A stretch of DNA of 64,000 bases, from positions 1 through 64,000 of the forward strand of contig NW_026576105.1 of NCBI RefSeq assembly GCF_028641065.1. Direction: 5' to 3'. Numbering within the stretch: position 1 is the first letter of the stretch; every line of letters starts with the position of its first letter. The stretch is from Leucoraja erinacea. Its lineage: Eukaryota. The notes beneath the pieces were generated by a model, which saw only the letters and a program-made list of their open reading frames with translations, was not told the origin of the DNA and searched no databases. This document shows, one piece after another, positions 50,775 through 63,480 of the stretch. The translations under genes and the position numbers were made by a program.

Positions 50775-51757
50775 TGCAAAGAGTAGGAGTAAAACGGGTC
50801 CTCTTCACAATGGCAGGCAGTGACTAGTGGGGTACCGCAAGGCTCAGTGCTGGGACCCCAGCTATTTACAATATATATTAATGATCTGGATGAGGGAATT
50901 GAAGGCAATATCTCCAAGTTTACGGATGACACTAAGCTGGGGGGCAGTGTTAGCTGTGAGGAGGATGCTAGGAGACTGCAAGGTGACTTGGATAGGCTGG
51001 GTGAGTGGGCAAATGTTTGGCAGATGCAGTATAATGTTGATAAATGTGAGGTTATCCATTTTGGTGGCAAAAACAGGAAAGCAGACTATTTTCTAAATGG
51101 TGGCCGACTAGGAAAAGGGGAGATGCAGCGAGACCTGGGTGTCATGGTACACCAGTCATTGAAAGTAGGCATGCAGGTGCAGCAGGAAGTGAAGAAAACG
51201 AATGGTATGTTAGCTTTGATAGCAAAAGGATTTGAGTATAGGAGCAGGGGGCTTCTACTGCAGTTGTACAGGGTCTTGGTGAGACCACACCTGGAGTATT
51301 GCGAACAGTTTTGGTCTCCAAATCTGAGGAAGGACATTATTGCCATAGAGGGAGTGCAGAGAAGGTTCACCAGACTGATTCCTGGGATGTCAGGACTGTC
51401 TTATGAAGAAAGACTGGATAGACTTGGTTTATACTCTCTAGAATGTAGGAGATTGAGAGGGGATCTTATAGAAACTTACAAAATTCTTAAGGGGTTGGAC
51501 AGGCTAGATGCAGGAAGATTGCTCCCGATGTTGGGGAAGTCCAGGACAAGGGTCACAGCTTAAGGATAAGGGGAAATCCTTTAAAACCGAGATGAGAAGA
51601 ACTTTTTTCACACAGAGAGTGGTGAATCTCTGGAACTCTCTGCCGCAGAGGGTAGTCGAGGCCAGTTCATTGGCTATATTTAAGAAGGAGTTAGATGTGG
51701 CCCTTGTGGCTAAGGGGATCAGAGGGTATGGAGAGAAGGCAGATACGGGATACCTTA
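50775..51757 (+). mobile_element. CR1 LINE RT region, little diverged, running into gap
   Basis: [21 protein letters not shown]...KFTDDTKLGG, 247-aa ORF. Confidence 0.92.
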
Positions 51758-51903
51758 NNNNNNNNNNNNNNNNNNNNNNNNNNNNNNNNNNNNNNNNNNN
51801 NNNNNNNNNNNNNNNNNNNNNNNNNNNNNNNNNNNNNNNNNNNNNNNNNNNNNNNNNNNNNNNNNNNNNNNNNNNNNNNNNNNNNNNNNNNNNNNNNNNN
51901 NNN
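51758..51903. other. Assembly gap (others at 13966-14138, 14240-14575, 22329-22531, 27820-27957, 45017-45198)
   Basis: Runs of N. Confidence 0.99.
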
Positions 51904-52424
51904 GACGGATTTGAGATGGCATTTGGAGGGAGGAAGAGCAATCATTTATGGGCTTGTTCTTACCACATCAATTGTCAAATATGCAAAATATAAACGGGAA
52001 CCACCGAGGTAACGGGCGCTGCCTGAGAGATTGGCAAGCGTTAATACATTAATCCAATGGGGAGGTAGGCGATCGAATTCCCAGACAGATGTATTTAGAC
52101 GTGGGTGAGGGTCAACGATGTCGCTGATGCTCGAACCACATATGGTTTGATTGCAGGTCTAAGCGGGCAGGCCGCAGGGAGCAATAGTGCACCGTGTACC
52201 CACCTGCTCTGAATATTAAATCAGTGAGATGCAATGGTAATAATAAAACAGGATTGCTGAGTGTGAGTAACCCCAGCAAAAGCTGCACGAACTGAACCAA
52301 TACGACGACTGACATTCTGTGGGAAAGATACTCACGGTGGGAAAATGAAAACCGCCAACGACAAAATGCCTGTGACCCAGATTTAGAAAAAAACAATAAA
52401 ACTGACTGCAATGAAAGGAAACGG

Positions 52425-53028
52425 CACTAACATTTCAGAGGACCTCACATGGTCCACCAACACCGCTGCGCTGGTCAAGAAGGCACAGCAACGACTGTTC
52501 TTCCTGAGCACATTAAAAAAGACTGGTCTGCCCCAACAGCTGCTGACAACGTTCTACCGCTGCACCACAGAGAGCATATTAACATATGGCATCTCTGTGT
52601 GGTATCTCAACTGCACGGAGACGGACAGGAAGTTCTTCAGCGCGTCGGCCACAGAGCGCAGAAGATCATTGGGACAAAGCTACCAGCCTGGGGGGCATCT
52701 ACCACACACGGTGTCTCAGGAAGGCCGTCAGCATCCATAAAGACTCATCACACCACTGTAACGGACTGTTTGAACTACTTCCCTACGGCAGACGTTACAA
52801 GGCCTTCTACGCCCGAACCTCCAGACTCAGAAACAGCTTCATTCCAAGAGCTATAGCGGCTGTGAACCGGCCCTGCTGAGTTGTCCCTACCCCCTGGACT
52901 GTCTCCCTCGGATGGTCACGACACACAGCTTATTTATTTATTTTACTTTTATTTTTCATCGGTTGGAGCTGCATACTAATTCTCGTTGCACTGACGTGCA
53001 ATGACAATAAAATATATTATTATTATTA

Positions 53029-53085
<57 letters not shown>
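52425..53085 (+). mobile_element. Rex1/Babar-like LINE 3' fragment with (TTA)n tail
   Basis: DLTWSTNT...KKAQQRLFFL...FYRCTTESILT. Confidence 0.8.
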
Positions 53086-53269
53086 GAATGGTGACACACG
53101 TCTGAAAGGCATATAAAAGCGACAAAAGTCTGAGGAACGAGGACAAAACATTGTGTGGAATTTGTATTGATCCCTTTCATAGAAAATAGAAAGTAGGTGC
53201 AGGAGGAGGCCTTCGGCCCTTCGAATGGCCTACTCTTGCACCTATTTACCATATTTCTATGTTTCTATG

Positions 53270-53773
53270 AAGGAAAAATGTGGCTAGTGGTAGGAACCCG
53301 TTGGAGGTGGCGAAATTTCGGATGACATTTCGATATGCCACGGCTGGTGAGGTGGGAGATAAGGACGAGGCGGTCTCTACTGCGAATAGCCTAAGGAGAG
53401 CAAGGGCGGAGCTGTGGGGTAACGAGGAGGCACGAATGATGGCCCCATACACGAGAAGAATGAGGATATCTCGGACGTCCTGGTATGAACACTTCATCTT
53501 GGGAACAGATGCGGCGTAGACGGAGGAATTAGGAGCAGGGGTGGAGTTATTAAGTTACAAAGCATGCCGGTTCTCCGTTTTGCCCCCCCCCCCCCCCCCC
53601 CTCTTCAGCAGACCACCCACGCCATATTTGTCCCCCCACACCCCCTATTGTCCTTTGTTCTTCCCCCACTTCCAGCACGGCGCCCCCCCCCACCCCCCGC
53701 CCCACTCTTGGTCTTGCAATACCCCCCCCCCCCCCTCCTCTCCCCCCCCCCCCCCCCTCCCCCCCTCCCCCGC

Positions 53774-53805
<32 letters not shown>

Positions 53806-54215
53806 TCGCCGGATGCTCAATTGTTCTTCCCCCTCCTTCCTCACGATGGTAATAGACGTCAGTCAATAGTGTATTTCCTGTGATGGCGCATGTGAGATCA
53901 AGAAAGGAGAGGGAGGTGGCGGAGATAGTCCAAGTAGATTTGAGTGCAGCATGAAAGTTGGTGGTGAAGTTAATGAAGTCCATGAGCTCTGCATAGGTGT
54001 CAGAGGTAGCACCGATGCGGCCATCTGTGTAACGAAGAAAGAGTTAGGGGATAAGGCCAGGGTGCGCCTGGACCAGGGATTGGCCAACGTACACAGAGGC
54101 AGGCGCGGCTGGGACCCACGTAAGTGCGCATAGCGACACTTCGGACTTGGAGGATGTGAGAGTATTCAAAGGAGAAGTTGATGAAGGTGAGGGCCGGCTC
54201 CACTACCCAGAGGGG
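53270..54215 (-). mobile_element. Degenerate Penelope-like RT fragment with poly-C low-complexity insert
   Basis: FINFTTNFH..LK.TW.IS..SLSFLDL...TDVYY peptide (53645..53983 -). Confidence 0.55.
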
Positions 54216-54224
54216 TGTTTGTAA

Positions 54225-56098
54225 CATAGAAACATAGAAAATAGGTGCAGGAAGAGGCCATTCGGCTCTTGGAGCCAGCACCGCAATTCACTGTGATCTT
54301 GGTTGATCATCCCGTATCAATAACCCGTGCTTGCCTTCTCCCCATATCCCTTGACTCCACTAGCCGCTTGAGCTCTATCTAACTATCTCTTAAATCCATC
54401 CAGGGATTTGGCCTCCACTGCCCTCTTTGGCAGGGAATTCCAAAAATTCACAACCCTCTGGGTGAAAACGTTTTTTCTCATCTCAGTCTTAAATGACATC
54501 CCCTTTATTCTAAGACTGTGGCCCCTGGTTCTGGACTCGCCCAACATTGGGAACATTTTTCCTGCATCTGGCTAGAGGGAAATCTGATGGTTCTGCGGTC
54601 GAGGGAGAAACTGAGGGTTTTAAGGCATTCCTGGTGGGAAGTGTACGTGTAGAGTGACTGAACGTCCATCATAACGTGGGGGCTCGGAAAGAGACGAAAG
54701 CCATGTGAGGTATCTTGGACAAAGGGCGCGAGAGACTGTACGAGGGGTGATAGGATGGAGTCCTGACATCCCAGGAACCTTGCAGTCTCCTAGCATCCTC
54801 CTCACAGCTAACACAGCCCCCCAGCTTAGTGTCATCCGCAAACTTGGAGATATTGCCTTCAATTCCCTCATCCAGATCATTAATATATATTGTAAATAGC
54901 TGGGGTCCCAGCACTGAGCCTTGCGGTACCCCACTAGTCACTGCCTGCCATTGTGAAAAGGACCCGTTTACTCCTACTCTTTGCTTCCTGTTTGCAAGCC
55001 AGTTCTCTATCAACATCAATACTGAACCCCCAATGCCTTGTGCTTTAAGTTTGTATACTAATCTCTTATGTGGGACATTGTCGAAAGCCTTCTGGAAGTC
55101 CAGATACACCACATCCACTGGTTCTCCCCTACCCACGCTACTAGTTACATCCTCGGAAAAATTCTATAAGATTCGTCAGACATGATTTACCTTTCGTAAA
55201 TCCATGCTGACTTTGTCCAATGATTTCACCACTTTCCAAATGTGCTGCTATCCCATCTTTAATAACTGACTCTAGCAGTTTCCCCACTACCGATGTTAGA
55301 CTAACTGGTCTGTAATTCCCCATTTTCTCTCTCCCTCCCTTCTTAAAAAGTGGGGTCACGTTTGCTACCCGCCAATCTTCAGGAACTACTCCAGAATCTA
55401 AAGAGTTTTGAAAGATTATTACTAATGCATCCACTATTTCTGGAGCTACTTCCTTAAGTACTCTGGGATGATGCAGCCTATCTGGCCCTGGGGATGTATC
55501 GGCCTTTAATCCATTCAATTTACCCAACACCACTTCCCGGCTAACCTGGATTTCACTCAATTCCTCCAACTCCTTTGACCCGCGGTCCCCTGCTATTTCC
55601 GGCAAATTATTTATGTCTTCCTTAGTGAAGTCATAAATAATCTTAGTAGAGGTCAACTCGACTCTGGTGGTAATGCTGATTCATCAGTGACTCGTAGGAG
55701 ACACTCCAGGAGAACAATTTAATATTATAAAAGGGACTGGACAAGTTAGATGCAGGAAAAATGTTCCCAATGTTGGGCGAGTCCAGAACCAGGGGGCACC
55801 GTCTTAGAATAAAGGGGAGGACATTTAAGGCTGAGGTGAGAAAAAACTGTTTTCACCCAGAGAGTTGTGAATTTGTGGAATTCCCTGCCACAGAGGGCAG
55901 TGGAGGCCTAATCACTGGATGGATTTAAGCGAGAGTGAGGTAGAGCTCTAGGGGCTAGTGGAGTCAAGGGATATGGGGAGAAGGCAGGCACGGGTTATTG
56001 ATAGGGGTCGATCAGCCATGATCACATTGAATGGCGGTGATGGCTGGAAGGGCCGAATGGCCTCCTGCACATATTGTCTATGTTTTCTATGTTTCTAT
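54225..56098. mobile_element. CR1 fragments (- 54225-54570; - 54778-55630; + 55725-56098)
   Basis: [33 protein letters not shown]. Confidence 0.88.
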
Positions 56099-56266
56099 GA
56101 GTATTCCCATTGATTTATCGGTAGGATAGCATTCAAACTGTCTTCTCTTTCATATTCATATATAACAACACATCCAGGTTGAGTTGTCTACATTAAACAC
56201 GTTTCGTTACTTATGAGAGTGACGCCGAACCCCGCATTGTTCGCTCTCTTAGATGTGTTTGCTGTA

Positions 56267-56279
56267 GGAAGTGACGTCA
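56267..56279 (+). promoter_or_regulatory. ETS/CRE composite motif in V5 promoter
   Basis: GGAAGTGACGTCA about 95 bp upstream of the leader ATG. Confidence 0.6.
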
Positions 56280-56371
56280 TGTCAGTGTCAGTCAGTGCTC
56301 GCAGGGCTGTCAGACGGACGCTCTGCGGGTATCTCAGACAGACAGATTTCTTGCAACCACGGTCATCAAAC

Positions 56372-57839
56372 ATGCATCTCCTGCCACATGCGGCGGCGTG
56401 GGTGACATTCTTTGTCGGTAAGAAGAGCGATTTCTCTAAACAGTTGCATTTCCAGAGCAAGTGCCTGACTGCATGAAGATCCAAGGAGTTAAACATCGAA
56501 CGGTTTGGTCATTCACTTGTTATTGAAATATGACATCGTGTGTTGTTCGCGACCCCATTAAGAAATGGGAACTAATAGTTTGGCGAAAAGCATATTTTGA
56601 GATAAATGTCATCGGGATAGTAAAGGCCAAGTAGTCACTTCCTACAGAGGACACATAACACGGTCGTACCACTGAAGAATTGTCACATAATAGATGAATG
56701 ATGCGTATACAAATGATACCGAGGATTAAATTGTACAAGGCATTGGTGAGGCCAATTCTGGAGTATGGTGTACAATTTTGGTCGCCTAATTATAGGAAGG
56801 ATGTCAACAAAATAGAGAGAGCACAGAGGAGAGTTAATAGAATGTTGCCTGGGTTTCAGCAACTAAGTTACAGAGAAAGGTTGAACAAGTTAGGCCTTTA
56901 TTCGTTGGAGCGCAGAAGGTTAAGGGGGGACCTAATAGAGGTCTGTAAAATGATGAGAGGGATATACAGAGTTGACGTGGATAAACGTTTCCCATTGAGA
57001 GTAGGGAAGATTCAAACAAGAGGACATGACTTGAGAATTAAGGGACATAAGTTTAGGGGTAACATGAGGGGGAACTTAATTGCTCAGAGAGTGGTAGCTG
57101 TGTGGAATGAGCATCCAGTGGAATTGGTGGAGGCAGGTTCGATTTTATCATTTAAAAATAAATTGGATAGGTATATGGATGGGAAAGGAATGGAGGGCTA
57201 TGGCCGAAATGACCTGTTTTCCGTGCTGTAATTGTTATATGGTTATATATGGTTATAAAAAACGATTTTACAAATGAAAGTGCAACTCAACACAGTATAT
57301 TACAAAACCTATAAACATGTTTCAGTGGAGAGCGGCATTAAAGCGTAGAATGAGATGCAACATTGGCATTGGTTTTGGTAATAGTGAATATTTATGTAGG
57401 ATTTCCAGACGGTCAAACTCAATTTGCTTCGACAGGAATAGTGTGCTCTTATTGTTGCCTAATTTTGTTGAAGAGCCCCAAAGTCGTTTGCGTTTACTTT
57501 GTATCATTAATTCTTAACTCGCTCTAATGTGTTCCAGGTCTGGTACATTCAGATTCCGTCAACCAAGAGCAGGGTCCGCTCGCACATACGGAGGGTCAAA
57601 GCGCCACTTTCACATGTACCTATACTAAGGATAGTTATTACTTATACTGGTATCGGCAGTATCCTGGCGGGCACCCCGAGTTTGCGGTCCGGCGACACTC
57701 TAACGGTGGCTCTGAGCTGAAGGCTGAATTCGCTCAAAATCGTTTTTCGGACTCAGTCCAGCAGTCGGAGACAAAATATCGATTGACAATCTCGGCACTG
57801 CGTCTGACTGATACGGCAGTTTATTACTGCGCAGCGGAT
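56372..57839 (+). CDS. TCR alpha/delta-type V gene (V5): leader 56372-56417, V exon 57538-57839
   Basis: Leader MHLLPHAAAWVTFFV+G|GTAAG; acceptor TCCAG|; DSVNQEQG...ATFTCTYTKDSYYLYWYRQYPG...DTAVYYCAAD; intact. A CR1 fragment lies in the intron. Confidence 0.92.
56726..57255 (+). mobile_element. CR1 3' fragment in V5 leader intron
   Basis: LYKALVRPILEY...RRLRGDLIE. Confidence 0.88.
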
Positions 57840-57878
57840 CACAGTGATGAGAATGGTGTACATACCCGTACAATAACT
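57840..57878 (+). promoter_or_regulatory. 23-RSS of V5
   Basis: CACAGTG + 23 nt + ACAATAACT. Confidence 0.92.
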
Positions 57879-58694
57879 GGTGAGAATTTCAAGCGCACAG
57901 CTGCTGTCTCGTGGATGGATGTCGTTCATTGCGGCTTGGGCAGCGGCCGCGAAATTCGCAGCTTGCGTGCGGGTGGGAGACGCAGTCAGAGAAGAATTCA
58001 CACGGTGTATTGACTCTGTCTATTTCTGGTAGTTACTGCATGCTTTCGGCGAGCTATCTGGAAAAAAAAACACTTCTCCATTGAAAGTAAATTGAAGTCA
58101 AACTTGTTCATTTAGGAGACCCCCTTCTTCGCAAAAGGGAAACATTCGTGCAATGGGGGGATAAATACTTCTTAAAGTATTCTCGCTAGAGAAACAGAAA
58201 GGAGGCCGATGCAAACAAAAGGAATGTAGATGCTTCTGAGTTACCCATGTTCTTGGTCTTGCTGTCAAACTCAGCGTTTATTAACTACTTATTGAGAACA
58301 GAATGTACTCCTGCATCCACTGGGGTGGCTGTTTTCTTGAGACACAAACTGATCAAAGCAGACAATGAAAAAAAAAACGATGGTTTTACCGAAGGAGAGT
58401 TTGAGGCAGTTGGTTCTTTACTGTACTAAGTATTTGTGTTAACGTTTTATTAAAGAGTATACATTTATTTCATGATTATCATGCTGGATAATTCACTCAT
58501 CCATTTGTGCTTCATTCGAAATTCCATATTCTAACCTAACAATTTAACGACGGTAAGAAAATCACTGTAGCCACATATTTTGATCAGGTTGAATAACTCA
58601 GACACATAGAAAATATGTGCAAGAGTAGGCCATTCGGCCCTTCGAGCCTGCACCGCCATTCAATATGATCATGCCTGATTATCCAACTCAGTAT

Positions 58695-60115
58695 CTGACA
58701 TCTTCAACCTGTCACTTGCCCAAGCAGTTGTCCCCACTTGCCTTAAAGCCACCTCCATCGTGCCAGTGCCAAAACACTCCACTGCGGCAAGCCTCAACGA
58801 CTTCCGCCCAGTTGCACTTACCCCCATCATCACCAAGTGCTTCGAGAGGCTGGTCCTGGCACACCTCAAAAGCTGCCTAACCCCACACTGGATCCCTATC
58901 AGTTTGCCTACCGCAAGAACAGGAGTACGGAGGATGCCATCTCAACGGCACTTCACTCCGCCCTCTCCCACCTTGACAACAGAGACACTTATGTAAGAAT
59001 GCTGTTCATCGATTACAGCTCAGCATTCAACACCATTATTCCATCAAAACTGATCACCAAACTCGGTAACCTGGGCATCGACCCCTCCCTCTGCAACTGG
59101 ATACTGGACTTTCTAACTAACAGACCCCAGTCTGTGAGGTTAGACAAGCACACCTCCTCAACCCTCACACTGAACACCGGCGTTCCTCAGGGCTGTGTGC
59201 TGAGCCCCCTCCTCTACTCCCTCTTCACCTATGACTGCACACCTGTACATGGTACTAACACCATCATCAAGTATGCAGATGATACAACGGTGATTGGCCT
59301 CATCAGCAACAACGATGAGCTGGCCTACAGGGAGGAGGTCCAGCACTTAGCAGCATGGTGCGCTGACAACAACCTGGCCCTTAACTCCAAGAAGACCAAG
59401 GAGCTCATTGTAGACTTCAGGAAGTCCAGAGGTGGCACGCACACCCCCATCCACATTAACGGGACGGAGGTGGAACGTGTTTCTAGCTTCAGGTTCCTGG
59501 GAGTCAACATCTCCGATGACCTCTCTTGGACCCACAATACCTCTACTCTGATCAAGAAGGCTCATCAGCTTCTCTTCTTCCTGAGGAGACTGAAGAAGGT
59601 CCATCTGTCTCCTCAGATCCTGGTGAACTTCTACCGCTGCACCATCGAGAGCATCCTTACCAACTGCATCACAGTATGGTATGGCAACTGCTCTGTCTCC
59701 GACCGGAAGGCACTGCAGAGAGGGTGGTGAAAATTGCCCAACGCATCACCGGTTCCACGCTCCCCTCCATTGAGTCTGTCCAAAGCAAGCGCTGTCTGCG
59801 GAGCGCCCTCAGCATCGCCAAGGACTGCTCTCACCCCAACCATGGACTGTTTACCCTCCTACCATCCGGGAGGCGCTACAGGTCTCTCCGTTGCCGAACC
59901 AGCAGGTCGAGGAACAGCTTCTTTCCGGCGGCTGTCACTCTACTCAACAACGTACCTCGGTGACTGCCAATCACCCCCCCCCCGGACACTTAGTATTCAT
60001 TTTTTATTCAAATCGTTTGCTATGTCGCTCTTCAAGGGAGATGCTAAATGCATTTCGTTGTCTCTGTACTGTACACTGACAATGACAATTAAAATTGAAT
60101 CTGAATCTGAATCTG
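58695..60115 (+). mobile_element. 5'-truncated Rex1/Babar-like LINE (RT) nested in a - strand CR1 3' UTR (58605-60436)
   Basis: [33 protein letters not shown] motifs; two frameshifts; (GAATCT)n tail; AGTATC repeated at the flanks. Confidence 0.88.
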
Positions 60116-61709
60116 AGTATCCTGTACCTGCCTTCTCTCCATACCCCCAGATCCCTTTAGCCACAAGGGCCATATCAAACTCCCTCTTAAGTATAGCCAA
60201 TGAACTACCTTCTGTGGCAGAGAATTCCAGATATTCACCACTCTCTGTGTGAAAAATGGTTTTCTCACCTCGGTTCTAAAAAATTTCCCCCTTATCCGTA
60301 AACCGTTACCCCTTGTTCTGGACTTCCCCAACATCAGGAAAAATCTTCCTGCATCTAGCCTGTCCAACCCCTTAAGAATGGTGTACATTTCTACATGATC
60401 CCCCGTCAATCTTCTAAATTCTAGCGAGTACAAGCCGTGTCTTGTAATAACAATTGTAAGTCTCCAAAATGCGACTAAAATAGCCTAGATGGTTACAATC
60501 GAGATTCGATTGGGAGCTGACAACGGACGGTTAGCTCACTCGTCGTCCCAAATGGTGCTTAGAAAGGCAGAATGGTATTTCGTCGGTAGCTCGGATGGCA
60601 CGAGCACGTCTGACAGCAACGAATTAGATGGGAGTTTGGTAGAAGTGTGTGAACATGCATATCTAGCGCAGGCATCGTAAAGCACGGGTAGGTACATAAA
60701 CGGACATAGGATGAGAACCCCCAATAACATTTATACCGTCAGCAAGTATTTTGTCTTCCGCTATGGTATGCCATGAAGCGGCTAGTGGCGAATGGTTGTT
60801 GAAATCACTTCTGCTAAAGGGCCCACAGTACAAAAGCGAAGTACAAAGAAGTTATGCCAGAATTGTTAACACACTCGCAGGGAACTCTTTACGTATTCCG
60901 CCCTGATCCTCTCACGCCATTACAAGGAGACGTGTCGTAAAATGGAAAGCGTAGAAGAGACACTGAAGTATAGAATGAAATAGTGGAGAGTCGTGAGGCT
61001 TCAATGGAGCAGAGTCGATCGATGCGATACTGAACAAGATACAAGATACAGGATAGATTTATTCATCACATGTGCCAGATGGCACAGTGAAATGAAATTC
61101 CCATACAGCCATACAATAAAAAAATGGACACAACACACTATAGGGTTTGACATAAAACATCCCCACACAGCAGAATCAATGTTTCCCACTGTGTGGGAAG
61201 GCACCAAAGTCAGTCTCTTCCTCCATTGTTTCCCGCGGTCAAACTGCGGTTTTTTACCGAAATCCGAATCCCTGAGAGGAGATCAAAGATGAATGATTAC
61301 ATTTTATTCCGCCAATGCCCCGAGACCTGCTGACCATCTCCAGAATAATCCGACTCTAAATGCAGATTCCTCCATCCGTCCTTCTTCATTTCGGAGGTTC
61401 TGCTTGACCACTTGGGTGCACGTGCTGGATTTGGGCCACACTCAAAACATGCTTCGCATCTGTTGCAGTGATTACAACATTAAAACGGTAAAACGAGTAT
61501 ATTTCACACAGGGAAAGTTAACTAAACCAACAATACATGAAACAATAAGTCTTGCAAATCGCTGAGATACAAAAGACTACATGTGCTCGAATATTTATGC
61601 AAAATTATAACGCTGTAGTGAATCCACTTGGACAACACGTGGTTGGGCCTTGGCCGACGGCATGAGGTCAATTTGTTCTGAATAGCCAGCAACCGGTCAG
61701 TGAAGACAT

Positions 61710-63480
61710 TTCAGTTCAAGCACGGTGCAGACCAAAATTTGAGTTCAAGCATTGTGAAGACCAACAATTCAGTTCAAGCAGAGTGCAGACCAACAACTTA
61801 TTTAAAGCACAGTGCAGAATAACAATTCAGTTCAATCACAGTGTAGCAATGTTACAAAATTTGGAGATTTAAAAAATCAAGTCTGCAATTTATCCCATCA
61901 GATAAAGCATAACAATAAGTTTAATTTGACACCAAATTCACTTTCATATCTCAAGTATTAAAAAGGTTATGACCATTTTCATACTCGGAAATTAGCATCT
62001 TGTTCCCTATTGATTTACAATGGACATTACAAAAAAGCTGTGATCTTGGATAGTCAAAAGCCCATTTCTTAAGGAAAGATTAACATTTTTAAATAGCCTA
62101 AGTGGCCAAAGATTATTCACAAATAATTCACAATATAACATGATTTTTATATCTAATTTACATTAATTTATAGGCCAAATGGAAGGAATTTAGTGTTCAA
62201 TTGCTGTAAATAAATGCCCACTTAAATTGGCTTTCTAGTGGGTTCATGTGGAACGCGCTGGTTTAGAACGTTGACATCGCGCTGGATTAGTGCCCTCAAA
62301 TGCCGAGAAAAATACTGCGGGATATAAAAAGCCCAAAATGAACTACTCACTATAGATAACTTGATATTCAGGGTTATATATATGCCCCATTTAATGTAAA
62401 AATAAGGTACATACCTTTAATTGTTTGCTTTATAAAACCCTGGGGCTGCGAGTGGTTGCGGAATGAGACAGTAATTTTAAAACTATTAGAACTATATTAT
62501 CGAGGCCTATAACACTAATAATACCTTTTGCGACCGGGTCTTGCAGCGATTTTTCGTTAATGATTTACTAGGCTGAACATGTGCGGTTAGTACAGCCTAG
62601 TAAAAATCGCGTTTTAAACCCACCCCCTCCAAACAGCGCCAAAATCGCGGACATGGCTGAGGGCAGATTCCCAATGACGATTCAGGTAGGTTTTGTAACA
62701 TACCTACACAGTGCAGATCAATAATTCAGTCCAAGCAGAGTGCAGACCAACAACTTATTTAAAGCACAGTGCAGAATAACAATTCAGTTCAATCACAGTG
62801 CAGACCAACAATTCGGTTCAAGCACAGTGCAGACCAACATTTGAGTTCAAGCACAGTGCAGACAAACCATTCAGTTCAAACACAGTGCCGACCAACAAAT
62901 CAGTTCGAGCACAGTGCCGACCAACAAATCAGTTCAAGCACAGTGCAGACCAACAATCAAGTTCAAGCACAGTGCAAACCAACAAATCAGTTCAAGCACA
63001 GTGCAGACCAACAATCAAGTTCAAGCACAGTGCAAACGCACAATTGTATTCAAGCACAATCAAGACTAACAATTCAGTTCAAGTACAGTGCAAAACTACA
63101 ATTCTGTTCCGGCACAGTGCAGATCAACAATTCAGTTCAAGCACAGTGCAGACCAATAATTATGTTCAAACACAGTGCAGACCAACAATTAAGTTCAAGC
63201 AGAGTGCAGGCCAACTATTCAGTTCAATAACAGTGCAGACCAACAAATCAGTTCAAGCCCAGTGCAGACCAATAGTTAACTTCAAGCACAGTGCAGACCA
63301 ATAGTTAACTTCAAGCACAGTGCAGACCAATAATTCAGTTCAAGCACAGTGCAGACCAATAATCAGTTCAAGCCCAGTGCAGACCAATAGTTAACTTCAA
63401 GCACAGTGCAGACCAATAATTCTGTTCAAGCACAGTGCAGACCTATAATTCAGTTCAAGCACAGTGCAGACCAACAATCA
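61710..63480. repeat. 29-bp minisatellite (CAGTTCAAGCACAGTGCAGACCAACAATT), split by transposon
   Basis: About 30 units, about 22 of them with an exact CACAGTG. Confidence 0.95.
61844..62706. mobile_element. Second copy of the 862-bp transposon, 7-bp TSD CACAGTG
   Basis: Same TIRs and interior as 36544-37405; inserted into the 29-bp satellite. Confidence 0.85.

Noticed and set aside
50820-51563. RT ORFs (also 58837-59730) as host genes or autonomous elements
   Set aside because: 5'-truncated CR1 and Rex1-type LINE fragments lacking the endonuclease and ORF1.
53541-53869. Proline/glycine-rich ORFs
   Set aside because: Poly-C low-complexity tract inside a retroelement fragment; possibly a sequencing artefact.
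62769-63304. Gln/Ser/Thr-rich repeat ORFs, or an array of true RSSs/D segments
   Set aside because: Satellite translation; the heptamers have no nonamer at 12 or 23 spacing and no opposing heptamers.
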